From contig JBMNFY010000020.1 in assembly GCA_050949565.1 (NCBI GenBank), positions 60,215 through 124,214 on the forward strand: DNA of 64,000 nucleotides. Direction: 5' to 3'. Numbering within the stretch: position 1 is the stretch's first letter; the number at the start of each line of letters is the position of its first letter. The notes under the pieces were generated by a model, which saw only the letters and a program-made list of their open reading frames with translations, searched no databases and was not told the DNA's origin. A program made the position numbers and the translations under genes. This DNA comes from Kiritimatiellia bacterium. GTDB taxonomy: Bacteria; Verrucomicrobiota; Kiritimatiellia; RFP12; UBA1067. Shown here in pieces: positions 39,168 to 51,470 of this stretch.

Positions 39168-42100
39168 ATGAAGAGAGCGGCATTTAGGTTGTTTTGTTTC
39201 CTTGGGGTCGTTCTGCTGACAAGCCTCACGGCGTTGGGGCAGGATATGTCCTTGCCCGTGGAGCGTCGAATGCTCTTTAACAATTGGACCGGACGGGACC
39301 CGCTAAACGACAAACGGCAGCACTATTATCATGAGTCTCTGGACACACGAGGGAACAGAGCCCCCGGGGCGCCCTAATGACAAGCGGAAAGCGCTTTTGT
39401 TTGGCACGAACCACGTGTACACGGTGATTTCCGAGGATGGTGTGCGTACAAACACGTGGCGGTTTTTGGGATGTCGAACAGGTACTTCCGCGCCTATTGC
39501 GGATTCACAAATTATTCCACCCCTCTCATATAGTGCCGCCATCCAGACGAACTGGCAGGCGAACCTGCAAAATTCGTCATCCGCAAGGATTGAAACGCCA
39601 TTTTATCCGGAGGGGATCGGGACCTTGTATTTTGATGCGATCAATGTGACGGCAGCGGAGACTAACGAGCTCACTATCGAGATCGCGACAAACATGTGTG
39701 AGTACATATACTTGGGCGGTGGCGTGACAAACATAATGTTTGAGCATGAGAGCGCGCAGTTTTCTAATAACTGGGAGGTTCTTGATGTTTTGCCTATCAA
39801 TGTTGCCGATGGTGTGCCCATTAGATACAAAAAGGTCCTGAATTATCGTGGTGCCGCGCGACTGAGGATAAAACGGACTGGTCCCGTTTACCACTATCCC
39901 GATGATGATGATATAGCCTTTGTTGCGGTGGATAACATTTGTGTTTCGTATCCGCCATCGGATGTTGTGATGGAGACCCCCTTGCCCGTTTTTTCGCCAG
40001 CTTATCCAGCACAAGGGGAGCCGCTCGTCATAAAATGTACGGTCAGCAATTTCGGAACGAACGATTATGAACGGACGCAATATGGTGTTATCGGTAATAA
40101 CCGGTCGCTTTCTGTTTTTTACCGGTGGCGGTATTTATCGCAACAATCCAATGCGTGGGCGAGCTTGCCGATGACCTATGTCCTGGGAACCGGCAATAAC
40201 GGAGATGGAGAGGTTTATCAGGCCGAATTGCCTCCTCAATCGCAGGTCGGCGACTTAGAGTACTATTTTGTCTGTGATTTTGGGGGGTATCGCTATAGCC
40301 CCATTGATTTTACGAGGACCTCGTACAACTTCTGGCCGGATTCTCCGGAAGGGAGTGAAGGCTTGTCTCCCCGCACTTTGCGCAGTGACACGGTGGCGGA
40401 GGGAGGGCGCGAGTTTTATACGCGGTTGCGTCCCTACCCGTCGCCTTACGAGACGGTCTGGATGGTGACGGGGCCGTATTACGACGAGAATCCGATTCCG
40501 ATGACGTTGATTAGCAATGACGTGTGGCGCGGTATGATCCCGATTGCAAACGTCCAGACGAACTTGCAGTTTTATTTCCGCGGCAACCGGAAGTATGATG
40601 CGGCCACCGGTACTGTGCAGGACGATCCGGTCTATTGGGCCGAGCCTTCCCAGGCATTGATCGGGGTGGTGCCGTTCGGCGGAGTGTGCGCGGCGTATGC
40701 AAACCGGCAAGAAGTTCGTCCGATGCGCGTGACCGCGCTGGGCGGCGGTTTTGTTCAAGTCACATTTGATGCGAACACGCTGGAGTACATGACCAGTCGT
40801 GCTGAGTATCAGAATTTCAATGGATGGGCAGCCCCTCCGGATGTCTTTACCGACAGTAACGGCCAGGTTTCCAAACAGCGGCTCAGCAACACGTTTGATT
40901 CTTGGCCGGCGCATGGCACCCGGACCGTCGACGAGTTTTTCCTCGGCTATCCCGCTCAAACCAACGTGTATAACGAACTCCCGTACCTGACGATTAACGG
41001 CTGGCTGAGCGGCTCTTCCGCCTATGTGGTTGACCGGCTGGCGGCCGACGTGTTCAACACGCCGGATCCCTCCAACCAGAGATTCCGCAACGTGGCGATC
41101 CGTTTGCAGGGTGGCGAGGCGGGCCTTGGCCTTGGATATATCCATAACCGCGAGGGGAATACTTTGCCGGACGGAATTGACAGAATTTCCTTCAAGTGTA
41201 GGTTGGGGCAGGTGGCTTCGCCAGACAAAGCGATCTGGTACAAGCCAGGGGGCACCATGCAAAACTACTTGGTCCGTGCCAGCGTCGGGGCGGATCGCAA
41301 CATGTCTCCGCAGGAGCCTTCGCTCTCTGTGCTCGGGTATTATCAGGATTTCCAAAATTTCTACGAATATCGGATGACGCAAGTCCCTGATACTGCCAAC
41401 TTGGATCGTGACGAACGGCTCCTTCATGAGCTTTACAAATGGCGGGGAGGCGTGCCTTATCGGCTGGCATTTGCCAGCAGCGAAAAGGACGCCATTCACA
41501 AACGCACGGTAGTAGAACTGCGGATGTTCACGTCTGGCAATTCAACTACGCTTCGCTGTAAATTCGGCTCTACAGACAATATTTTGCAGGTTACCGATGA
41601 CGGCAAGACTGGCGGTGCGGCGCTGACCTACGGCACCTGTGGATTCATGTCGGCGGAGTGCAGGTCCGGTTTTGGCGAGGTGTATTCGCAAGAAACAATG
41701 GCTGGTGCGGTCGCAAAAGGCGGGACGACATTAACGCCGCTGCTGGTTGGCGGAACCTTTGCCACCGATATCCTGAACTGGTCGTTTGCGCCGTCAAGCC
41801 GTTGGAAAGCGCTTGATAATGTCACTCCTCGCGGGATTTATTCGGTAATTCCCTCGCAGAAGCTGGGTGTATTTTTGCAGCGGACGGAGTTCGGCACGGA
41901 TGAGCAACCGCAGGCGCCGGGTACTCTGGCATGGGAGCCTTTTAAGGAGGTGACGCTCACGGGATTCGGGTATCATACCTACGACGTGCCTGTCTATGCG
42001 TGGCGCTCGCACTTCTTGATGTTGCGGGTCCTTGGGCGTACTGACGGTCAACGCGTCGACGTGATCGTCGATGAAATCAAGCTGTCGGGTTGGCGCGGTC

Positions 42101-45100
42101 AGGAGGCGTCAGACCTGAGCCCCGGCGACACTGAAGCGAACAATCAAAGTCGTCCCACTGAGTGGGTGGCGTCAGAGGCATGGGTCATTACCAACAGTGT
42201 CGCGGGCCTGAATGAAGGCCGGGTCCCAGGAGCCTTCAACACCGGGCAGGTGAGCCCAATGTCATCGGTGCAACTCTCGACGCGGTATGCGAATACAGAC
42301 GAGGGGTGGGTGACGAATACGACGTATGTGTATAACGGCTGGATTTATCTGGATGGCGCAGGTAACGCGAATAGTTTCGCTGAAAACTTTATCGGTAGTG
42401 TGCAACTCAAGATCGACGGTGCGGAAGTCCTGTACAACGAGGATCCAGATACATCATCTACCAATACGATCTCATATCTTGGTTCGGGGTGGTATCCCTT
42501 TGAACTGCGGTTGGGTTGCGGTTCGGACGGCAGGGTTGGCCCGGCCGGGGGTGGCCTTTTGAACGGGCTGGGTGTGGCGTATAGCCGGAACAACGGAGCT
42601 TCGTGGGTGCCCCTCAGAGATACGGGTTCGGCGGCGTTTCTGAGAACGACAACAAAGACGGTATTGTTGGATCATCAGCGCGGCGGGCGTGAAATCGACT
42701 CGAACGGAGATGAAGGTGACTGGTTGGATCAGGCGATCAGGTCACCCCGTTTGCTTAGCGGCACGGGGATGCTGGAGTTCGACTACCGTGTCTCGCGGGC
42801 ACCGGCTCGCCTTGTCGTGCAATTTGCCCCGGCCGAGAATGCCACCCTGTGGAGCGGGATACACACGGTCGTGGTTGATTCGGCCATGTCGAGCTTCAAC
42901 CATGCGATGGCGTACCTCGGGACGAATATGAATGGTTACCTGCGGGTGGTGAACGATCGCAGCGGCATCTACACCAATGCACTCGTTGAAATCAACAACG
43001 CCGTGGCGTGGGATGAACCGGTTGTCGAGGATGCGGACTGGCGCGCGTACAATGTCAAGGTTACAGATACGGACCTGCAAAGGATAATGCTGGATGAGAC
43101 CAAGGCCTGTTTCCTGAATAACAGTCAGACCGCCGAGACAGACCCCGCGCAGTCGCTGCATCGAGAGGCGTACGTTATGAGCCCGTTCCTACCGACCGGC
43201 TTGGGCTCGTTAACGTTCATGGCGCGCAAGTTCACAAGTGCGCCGGCGCCGCTGTTCCTATATGTGACGACAGATCCAGAGTTGAAAGCATCCAATACCT
43301 GGACGCTCGTTCACACCTTCCAGGTTACTAACCAACTTTATCAGACGTACTCCTTCACGCCGACCGACGGCCGCGCGTACCGTGCCGTAAAACTGGCCGT
43401 GCCGACAACCGGCGGCGGGCAACGGGTGTGCGTTGAGGAGTTGGCGGTAACGGAGCCGGTGCTCCCCGGTTTTGAGATTGTCGATGTCCGCGCACTCTGT
43501 GCGGAGGGCGGAGGATTCAGTACGGACCGTTTCCAGCCGTTGCACTCGGACGAAGTGGGGTTCGAAGCGCGGATAAGCAACATTCGGCTCTCGCCGCAGA
43601 ATATCCGTTTGTACGTGGATTATTACGTGGGTACCAACGTCTGGGGTACCAAAAACTGGCCGGCTGGCGAGGTTGTGACCTTGGACATGGAACTCGTCGA
43701 TGAAGACCTGCTGCTCTACCGTACAGACCTTTTCAATGTGGTCCCGCCGCAGGAGAAAAATCAGGTTGTTCAATACCGGGTGCGCGCAACATATGAGGAT
43801 GCGTCGCACACAGAACTGGATGCTTACCAAAGCGTCTTTACGGTACCCTCGTGGTATCATCCGATTGACCTGAACCAACGATTCGCCGCGACCGGTGGCT
43901 GGGCTGCGTACTACATCGTGTACGATGTGCCGGTCGGTGCCATATGGCTGAACGAGATCAATGCGTACGAACCCTATGAAGGCGGGGAACTTCATTTCGG
44001 GTACAACACGTACGTGGAGATCGCAGTCCCCGCTGCAGTGAGCCTCTCGGGATGGCATCTTGATATTGTGCCGTGCAATGATTACGATCCTGTTTACACG
44101 ATCTCCTTTTTGGGAGACCTGCCGGCGCAGGAGCCGGTCACGAACGGTTATGCCTTCTTTGTGGTTGGGCACGATCCGAGTACGCCGCCCGGTGGACACA
44201 GCGGTATCCCGCCGCTGCCTAAGTTGGACTATAGCGACCAGAATATCGCATACAAGTTCTCCTATGACAGCAAGCCGCTGGGAATCCGTCTGCGTCGGCC
44301 TTGGGGTATGTATGAGCATGCCGTTGTTTACGATCGCAATCCGGGGTGGGGCGGGGCCTACTCAGGTGCAGTCTGGGTTGATGAAAACCCTGAACGTGGG
44401 TTTATGTACGTCGGGCCGGAAGGTAAGGGCGGCTCGTTGAACGTGATCACGAATTCGGTGCGGTACGCGTTGCCCTTGGCCACAGACTGGGCCACTAATT
44501 TGACGTGGACGCCGGGCGGAGTCAATATCGGCCAGACCGTGGAAGACTTCAACGTGATGGCCCCCGGGGTTTCGAATGTGGTGGTGACATCATCGTTGAC
44601 ACCGATGCACGGCGTCCAGAACGGCATGCGTGTCACGCCGCTGACGTTCAAGCTCCGTCTCAACACTCCGACGAATATTCTGTATGAGGCGGATGGGTGG
44701 TATCGCATCAAGTCGGTCACGGTGAACGGTGTCGAGCATCTGACGGGAGGCGAGGTGGAAGTGTTCGATCTGCCTCTGCTTGTGACGGAACGTACCAACT
44801 TGAATGTTGTTGTCACTTTCGGTCTCCGCGGGGATGTCGACAATTTAAATCTGGGTAGCGATGTTTTGACGTGGTTGATGGGCTTTGGCGATGCGCCACT
44901 TGCGCCGACCTACTACTACGGCCGTGAGCTTGAGATCTACGAGCGGTACTGGCTGAATGCCAACCCCACGACAACCAACTATCTGGAGGGTGGTATTCTC
45001 AAGGTGGAGCGGGAAGAGGCGACGACCAACTACTTCATGACTGCATGGTTGGCGTTGAACGGTACTAACGTGCCCACTCTGCTCGGTGACCGTGTTTTCG

Positions 45101-45342
45101 GAGACGCCGTCTTCAAGGTTACAGCCAAAGACAGCCTGACCGCTCCGGACTGGACAATGCTGGCGCAATACAGACTGGGGCCGTCGTCTTTCGACAGCAA
45201 TCATACGACCCGCGTGTTTATTCAGAACCCTCACCTGAATGACGAGTTTTCAGCGGCCAAGCAGCTCTTCTTCAGATGGGTGATTGAGTATGAGGATCCG
45301 CGGTTTAGTAAGCCGATACTGGTCATCACAAATTCACCGTGA
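39168..45342 (+). CDS. Very large secreted/surface protein (~2050 aa; PA14-like and lamin-tail-like segments); signal-peptide region separated by an apparent frameshift at 39305-39307
   Basis: 2003-aa ORF 39331-45342 lacks a signal peptide; the upstream ORF from 39168 has one and joins in frame if one A is removed. Confidence 0.75.
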
Positions 45343-45570
45343 TGCATGCCGTCGCGGTCGTGAGGCTGAATGCTGTGCGGTAGGGCGTTGCGCGGACTGG
45401 TCCTGAGTCTGGCGGATGGCCTGCACCAGCATGCCTACGAGGAACAAAAACACGACGAGCAGAAGCGCGCGTCGCTCAGTGGGCGTGAGTCGTGCGCGAC
45501 GCTCACGGCGAGGGGAGGACGGTCTGACGAAGGTGCGCGATGCGCGTTTCTTCTTGTTGAAGGCGGTCAT
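45334..45570 (-). CDS. Small single-TM hypothetical protein
   Basis: LTPTERRALLLVVFLFLVG helix; convergent overlap with the giant gene's stop. Confidence 0.5.
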   Translation of the reverse strand: MTAFNKKKRASRTFVRPSSPRRERRARLTPTERRALLLVVFLFLVGMLVQAIRQTQDQSAQRPTAQHSASRPRRHASR

Positions 45571-45646
45571 GTGTTTCACATTAGCGCGGATAGGAGTCGG
45601 ATGCAACTCTGGAAGTTGCGAAATCGCTAAATCGCGAGGATCGGTC

Positions 45647-45676
45647 TTGACGGAGGATCGGGTACGGCTCTATAAT
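45647..45676 (+). promoter_or_regulatory. Putative sigma70 promoter
   Basis: TTGACG-N18-TATAAT upstream of ATG 45724. Confidence 0.55.
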
Positions 45677-45723
45677 CGCCCCCTCAATGTGGTTTTGGGG
45701 ACAACTCGAATCTAGGATCTTTT

Positions 45724-47127
45724 ATGACAGGCGAGAGAGCAGATCTGAGGAATCAACAGGCGCAAAACTTTTTCAACAAGGGTAGCGCCGCTTTTGAACG
45801 TGGCAATTTTGATATCGCGATAGACCTGCTTATGCAGTGCGTGTCGCTGTCGCCCGGATTTTCTAGGGCGCGCAAGTTGCTCCGTGCCACGCAAATCGCA
45901 AAGTTCCGTAAGGAAAAGAAGAGCGGGCTGACGACGAAGCTTGATGATGTCAAAGCGGCGATGATGCGCGTGAAAATAGCGGGGTTGCTGAAGGCTGGTA
46001 AGGCCGAAACCGCATTGATTGAGTGCGAAAAATTACTGACGCTCAATCCGCTCCACTCTCAGAATGTCGAGATGGCGGTTGAAGCGGCGGAAGCGGCCGG
46101 CCACCCAGAGGCCGCGCTCTTTACGGTCGAAGCGGCGTACGAGAATAACCCAGATGATATGGAGTTGCTACGGCGGGTGGCGGACTACTACATGACGGTC
46201 GGCGATTACACCAAGGCGCGCGATGCCTACGTGAAGTTGAACGCCTACCTGCCCAATGACCAAACGATCTTCAAGCAACTCAAAGATGCCGAGGCGCGTG
46301 TGACGATGGCGGCAGGATGGGAAGAGGCCGCCGGTAAGAAGGATGCTTACCGCGACTTGATTGCCGACAAGGATCAGGCGAAGAAACTGGACATGCAGGC
46401 CAAGGCGGTCATCGCCGGTTCCGATGCGGATGCGTTGATCGAGGAGGCCCGTGCGCGTATCGAGCAGGAACCGAACAATCTGAACTACTACCGTGCACTG
46501 GCACGGCTGCTGTCGCAGAGCAAGCGTTTCGATGAAGCTGTCGAAGTCCTAGAGGCGGCGCGTAAGATTAATGCTGCTGATCCCGAACTTGATCGCACGT
46601 TAACGTCCACCCGGATATCTGCGTTTGAAGCCAAGATTGATGCGATGAAGGAGGCCGGTGACGCGGAGGGCGCCGCTGAACTGGAAGTCGAGATGAATCA
46701 GTTCATCTTTGATGATTTGAGTGCCCGTGTGCAGCGTTATCCGAACGACCTCAAGCTGCGCTACGAGTTGGGGATGCAGTATTTCATGTACGAGCATTAC
46801 GACGATGCGATCGGACAGTTTCAGCTCTCGCAACGTAGCCCGAAAGAGCGCATCGCGTCGCTCTACTATCTGGCGATGTGCTTCGCTCATAAGGGCCAGC
46901 GCGACATGGCGGTTATGCAGCTTGAAACCGCTAATGATCAATTGCCGATCATGGACGACCTCAAGAAGAAGGTGGTGTTCGCCTTGGGCAAATTGGCCGA
47001 AGAGGCGGGCGATATCGAAAAGGCGTTCGGGTATTACAAGGATGTCTATGGAGCGGATATCGGCTTTGAAGATATCTCCGAGCGTATGGAGCGTATCTAC
47101 AAGCTGAGACAATCCCAGCAGGGCTGA
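45724..47127 (+). CDS. Cytoplasmic TPR protein
   Basis: Multiple TPR helices; YPNDLKLRYELG. Confidence 0.88.
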   Translation: MTGERADLRNQQAQNFFNKGSAAFERGNFDIAIDLLMQCVSLSPGFSRARKLLRATQIAKFRKEKKSGLTTKLDDVKAAMMRVKIAGLLKAGKAETALIECEKLLTLNPLHSQNVEMAVEAAEAAGHPEAALFTVEAAYENNPDDMELLRRVADYYMTVGDYTKARDAYVKLNAYLPNDQTIFKQLKDAEARVTMAAGWEEAAGKKDAYRDLIADKDQAKKLDMQAKAVIAGSDADALIEEARARIEQEPNNLNYYRALARLLSQSKRFDEAVEVLEAARKINAADPELDRTLTSTRISAFEAKIDAMKEAGDAEGAAELEVEMNQFIFDDLSARVQRYPNDLKLRYELGMQYFMYEHYDDAIGQFQLSQRSPKERIASLYYLAMCFAHKGQRDMAVMQLETANDQLPIMDDLKKKVVFALGKLAEEAGDIEKAFGYYKDVYGADIGFEDISERMERIYKLRQSQQG

Positions 47128-47170
47128 TCACAGCCCGGCGAGGCGATCAACGCGTAGGATGTGCGCCCTC

Positions 47171-48028
47171 TTACCAGGGTGCCGGTTTCTTGATGCCTAG
47201 TAGGCGAGCGGCGTTGCCCCCGAGCACAAGCTGCTCGTGCGCGAGGGATCCCATTCCGGAGCGCACGAAGTCAATGCCCTCGCCGAAGCTCAGCCAAGGC
47301 CAGTCCGTGGCGAATAGCAATCGATCAACGGGGTGCTCGCGCAGCACCCGTTGCGGGGCGTCTTCCGTTGCATTCATTGGTAGGATCGACGTGTCAAGGT
47401 AGATATCCTGTCCCACGAGGTGGCTCAAGGCTTCTTCCCACTGAAGCCAGCCGCCCAGATGCGCGGCAATCAGCCGTAATCCGGGCACGCTGCGAATGAC
47501 GCGACCGATTCGCGCCGGGTTACATACGGGGTCAAGCGGAAAGCCGATGTCAAAGCCGCAATGGCATTGAACTACTAGGCCGAGATCGCGGCAGCACCGG
47601 AAATATTCCAGCATTTCAGACGAGTCTACCACGCATGGCTGATAGTACGGGTGCAGTTTGATGCCGCGGATGCCCCTCTCTGCCACCTGCCGCAGATGGC
47701 TGAAGCGCGCTTCATCGTCAGGATGAACGGATGCGAAGGGGATCAGGTGTGCCGCCGCTTCTGCTCCGCGCTCTCCCGAACGTAACGCGTCAGCCTCAGC
47801 CAATATTCCCGCAAATTGTGCCGGCCGCGTGGCGATCGGACACACCACCGCATAATCAACCGCTGCTGCGCGCATCTGCTTTAAGAGTCCACCGACCGTG
47901 CCGTCTCCGACGGTAGTGATTCTATTGTCCGCCTTATCGACGAGCTTCTGCAATGCGCGTATTGCGAGGTTGTCAGGAAAGGTGTGGACATGAACATCGA
48001 CGACCATGTCATTCTCTCGCGCGCTCAC
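47171..48028 (-). CDS. Amidohydrolase_2 family metal-dependent hydrolase
   Basis: DVHVH, GIKLHP, HCG, AHLGG, YLDTS, FATDWP. Confidence 0.9.
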   Translation of the reverse strand: MSARENDMVVDVHVHTFPDNLAIRALQKLVDKADNRITTVGDGTVGGLLKQMRAAAVDYAVVCPIATRPAQFAGILAEADALRSGERGAEAAAHLIPFASVHPDDEARFSHLRQVAERGIRGIKLHPYYQPCVVDSSEMLEYFRCCRDLGLVVQCHCGFDIGFPLDPVCNPARIGRVIRSVPGLRLIAAHLGGWLQWEEALSHLVGQDIYLDTSILPMNATEDAPQRVLREHPVDRLLFATDWPWLSFGEGIDFVRSGMGSLAHEQLVLGGNAARLLGIKKPAPW

Positions 48029-48040
48029 GGCCCATAACGC

Positions 48041-49564
48041 TCACGGCGTTGCAATCGTGTTTTTGAACGTGAAAAGGGTATCCGGAAACATCTTAGGTGT
48101 GATGCCGGCTTGCCGCAGCGCATTGACGTGCGGCCAGAACTCACCGGCTTCCGCCAGGTCGTGGGCATCAGAGGCCAGCGCGATTTTCACTCCCTTTTCG
48201 GCACACATGCGGATAAATGCTGTTTCGGGCTGGTAGGCGTGAAAATTAACCTCCGTTGCCACTCCGCTGTCGGCGAGCAGGCCGGCAAGCGTGGCAAACA
48301 AATGGGAGGGCACCTTGAGGTGGTTGAACGTGAAGAAACGGAACGGGTGGGCCAGCACATCGATGTCGCGTTCAAGCAATCGTTCGACGTCGCGCAGGAA
48401 GAGCCTCTCGGCCTCTTGCTGCGATGTGCGCCCGGGAACAAAGCCCGGTATCACATGAATGGCACCGATGGCGATATCCCAGTCGAAGTCGAGGTCTTCT
48501 GGCGCAAGCAACAAGTTCCCGTCGTCAAGGAGGTCTAGCTCTAAGCCGATCTTGACAAAAGGCGAGCGTAACTTTGCGGCGAACTGACGGTAGGCTGCCA
48601 TGCGACCGCGTTCGGGCGTCTCCCAGACCGCCTTCACCATGGAGGGATCGGACTGCCAACGAAAACCCATGGCGTTCGGTTTATCAAAATAAAGCTGGAA
48701 GGCATGCTCGGTGATGCAGAGGGTTGAGACACCCAGCGCCTGCGACAATGCTACACACGGCGCAGTGTCGGCAGTCGTGCCGCAATAGGCATGCTCAGTA
48801 TGACAGTGCACATCGATGATGTTCGGCACCTGCAAGCCAAGGCACAGATCCTCGATCTCCACGCGCGAATCAACCAAGTGGATGAGACTGAATCGGAACG
48901 GCGGCTCGCACAGTGCAGGAACCGTGTGGTAGAGGATGCGTTCGTGCACGCGTGCTTTTTGACCTTTGTGGTAGTGGCCGCTAAGCGAAAGAATCACGCC
49001 GGACTTCTGATACGCATCAATGATCTCTGCCGCGTTGGTCGGCCGGTACGGATAATGAGAGTCGATCGGCGGATAGATCGGTGGGTGCTGCACGGCGACC
49101 AACGGCAAATCGGGATGGTCTGCGGCACATTTTTTGAGTGCCGCGAGGTCCGCCGTCGCGCGTATGCATTCGCGGTTTTCGTTGTAGTGGTCGTTGAACA
49201 ACATAAAGCCGTAACCACCGATTTTGTGAAGGCCCGGCTCGCTTCCGAAGAGCGCGTTAAAAGTGGCGGGGTCGCCATCATGGTTGCCCGGGACAACCAG
49301 AAAAGGAATACCGCTGCGCAGGAGTTCTCCGTGTAGCGACACCATGTCCAGCGGGGCGTTGCGGTCTGCGCTGTCTTCCACCAGATCGCCAAGAACGAGG
49401 GTTGCGTCCGGTTTGATTCCCATGTGGCGGAGGCGTAAGAAAACTTTTTTTAACAAAGCCCGCGCTAGTTCACCGCGCATGTGCTGCGTTTGATCTGTCT
49501 GGCGAGCCAGTCCTGTATAGTGCAGATCAGAAACAGCCAAGAGGGTTAAACGATTCTCACTCAT
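48041..49564 (-). CDS. Calcineurin-like metallophosphoesterase fused to a PHP domain
   Basis: SDLH, GDLV, GNHD, SGHYH; then DVHCHT, ITEH, GLE, AHP, ASDAH. Confidence 0.88.
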   Translation of the reverse strand: MSENRLTLLAVSDLHYTGLARQTDQTQHMRGELARALLKKVFLRLRHMGIKPDATLVLGDLVEDSADRNAPLDMVSLHGELLRSGIPFLVVPGNHDGDPATFNALFGSEPGLHKIGGYGFMLFNDHYNENRECIRATADLAALKKCAADHPDLPLVAVQHPPIYPPIDSHYPYRPTNAAEIIDAYQKSGVILSLSGHYHKGQKARVHERILYHTVPALCEPPFRFSLIHLVDSRVEIEDLCLGLQVPNIIDVHCHTEHAYCGTTADTAPCVALSQALGVSTLCITEHAFQLYFDKPNAMGFRWQSDPSMVKAVWETPERGRMAAYRQFAAKLRSPFVKIGLELDLLDDGNLLLAPEDLDFDWDIAIGAIHVIPGFVPGRTSQQEAERLFLRDVERLLERDIDVLAHPFRFFTFNHLKVPSHLFATLAGLLADSGVATEVNFHAYQPETAFIRMCAEKGVKIALASDAHDLAEAGEFWPHVNALRQAGITPKMFPDTLFTFKNTIATP

Positions 49565-49732
49565 GTGTCCATGCAACTTTCGTCATTGAATATTCGGCAT
49601 ATCAAAAACACCGGTTCCGAAAAAGTGGTCCTAGCGTACGGGAACTTACTGTGTCGGTCAACAGGAAAACCCGCGTGTTGCGGGCGAACTTATTACTTCC
49701 GCTTGCACGGCTGATTTGTGTATCTTCTTGGC

Positions 49733-50290
49733 ATGAGACTTTTTTTCGCGATTCCGGTACCTGACGATGTCAAAATCTCTCTTTGCAACGCGGTTGATCG
49801 GTTGGCACCGATCGCTTCAGGCGTCGCATGGCGCAAGCGTGATCAACTCCATATCACTCTAGCCTTTTTGGGTGAGGTGGCACCGCTGATTCTGCCGCAT
49901 GTGACCGCAGCAGCCGATCGCGTGTGTGCGACGCTGCCGCCGTTCGTATGCCGTGCGTATGGATTGGGCGTCTTTGGAACCAAGCGCATGCCGACGACCT
50001 TGTGGGCGGGTGTTGATCCTTCGCCTGAGCTTGACCTTCTGCACGAGCAGTTGTGGTTGGAACTGGAAAAATACGGCTTGAAAAAAAAGACATCGGATTT
50101 CCGGCCACACATTACGCTCGGGCGCTGCCGCAGCAAAACCAACAACCGGAATTTGGTCCGTGCGATGGAGAACGACGGAGAGATCGAGTTCGGCGACTGG
50201 ACGGTCAAAGGCGTGACGCTGTATGAGAGTCGTTTGACACCGCACGGTGCACTCCACCGCAGACTGAATCAATCACCCTTGCTGGGGTGA
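49733..50290 (+). CDS. thpR: RNA 2',3'-cyclic phosphodiesterase (2H family)
   Basis: MRLFFAI; two HITL motifs; TLYES. Confidence 0.92.
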   Translation: MRLFFAIPVPDDVKISLCNAVDRLAPIASGVAWRKRDQLHITLAFLGEVAPLILPHVTAAADRVCATLPPFVCRAYGLGVFGTKRMPTTLWAGVDPSPELDLLHEQLWLELEKYGLKKKTSDFRPHITLGRCRSKTNNRNLVRAMENDGEIEFGDWTVKGVTLYESRLTPHGALHRRLNQSPLLG

Positions 50291-50300
50291 CCGACGCCCA

Positions 50301-51227
50301 TCACCGCGCAACCGGCGGCGGCGGGGGCGGCGGGGGGACGGCCCCCGCGGCCGATGTGCGCCGGGCAGCAGCCGACACCGGGGCGCCCGGCAGCAGCGTG
50401 AAGGCTTTCTCCAACAACTCGCGCGCCTGGGCGTCGCGCAATTTACGGTTCTCACTGCCCAGCACCACGACGATCACGCGCCGTCCGTTGCGTTTCGACG
50501 TCACGACGATCGACCAGCCAGCGCTTGCCGTATAGCCCGTCTTGAATCCGTCGCAGCCCTCCACGCGCTCTTTGAGAAAAGGGTTGTGCGTGCGCATGTC
50601 AAAGGGGCGCGGCGTGTTGGCGCGGAGTTGACGGTAGACGGCGGAGGTGTAGGCGAAAATCTCGGGATGTTTGCACAGTTCGCGTCCGAGCAGAGCCATA
50701 TCGCGGGCGGTCGAAACATCGGGGCGCTGTCCCGCTGAGGGTGGCAGGCCGTGGACCGAGGTGAAGCGCGTATCTTTCATGCCGATCTGTTGGGCGCGCG
50801 TATTCATCAGTTCGACAAAACTCTCTTTGGTTCCCGCCACATGCTCGGCCAGCGCAACCGCCGCGTCGTTCGCGGACTGGATCATCATGGCGTATAGCAT
50901 CTCCTCCAGCGGGAAGGTCTCCCTCGGGTCGAGATACACTTGCGAGCCGCCGGTTTTATAAGCCTCGACCGAAACTTTAACGGTATCATCAAGTCTCACC
51001 TTGCCAGCATTGATCTGTTCTTGTACTACCAGTAGAGTCATCAGCTTCAGCGTACTGGCGGGGTAGCCCGGCACATCCGCCCCGTCCTCAAACAATGTCG
51101 CTCCGGTGTCAGCATCTACGATAATCGCGCCGATGTAGGGCGTTCGTGAAATGCAACCTTTAGGGCGCTGAGCGATCACGCTGCCAGCAAGCACCAGTAC
51201 CGTCAAAAAAAGAAAAACACGCTTCAC
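50301..51227 (-). CDS. D-alanyl-D-alanine carboxypeptidase (peptidase S11)
   Basis: PASTLK, SAND, KTGYT; signal peptide. Confidence 0.92.
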   Translation of the reverse strand: MKRVFLFLTVLVLAGSVIAQRPKGCISRTPYIGAIIVDADTGATLFEDGADVPGYPASTLKLMTLLVVQEQINAGKVRLDDTVKVSVEAYKTGGSQVYLDPRETFPLEEMLYAMMIQSANDAAVALAEHVAGTKESFVELMNTRAQQIGMKDTRFTSVHGLPPSAGQRPDVSTARDMALLGRELCKHPEIFAYTSAVYRQLRANTPRPFDMRTHNPFLKERVEGCDGFKTGYTASAGWSIVVTSKRNGRRVIVVVLGSENRKLRDAQARELLEKAFTLLPGAPVSAAARRTSAAGAVPPPPPPPPVAR

Positions 51228-51470
51228 AGAAAAAAACCTCCATCGTCATATCGTCATCGTGTCTGTCGCGCCAACACCTCTTGCAGGCACAAACATCGCA
51301 GATGGCGGGGTATTTAAACAGGTTCGGTGCGTTTTGAAAAGCATTCACCCGTTCGACTTCCAACACCCAAAAAGACCTTGTGCCCGTTGAACAGCGTTTG
51401 CTACGATCAATCTATCAATGGAGCGGATTGATTTTGGTTCCGTGCGTATTCGGCGATCGGCGGGGAAAGA

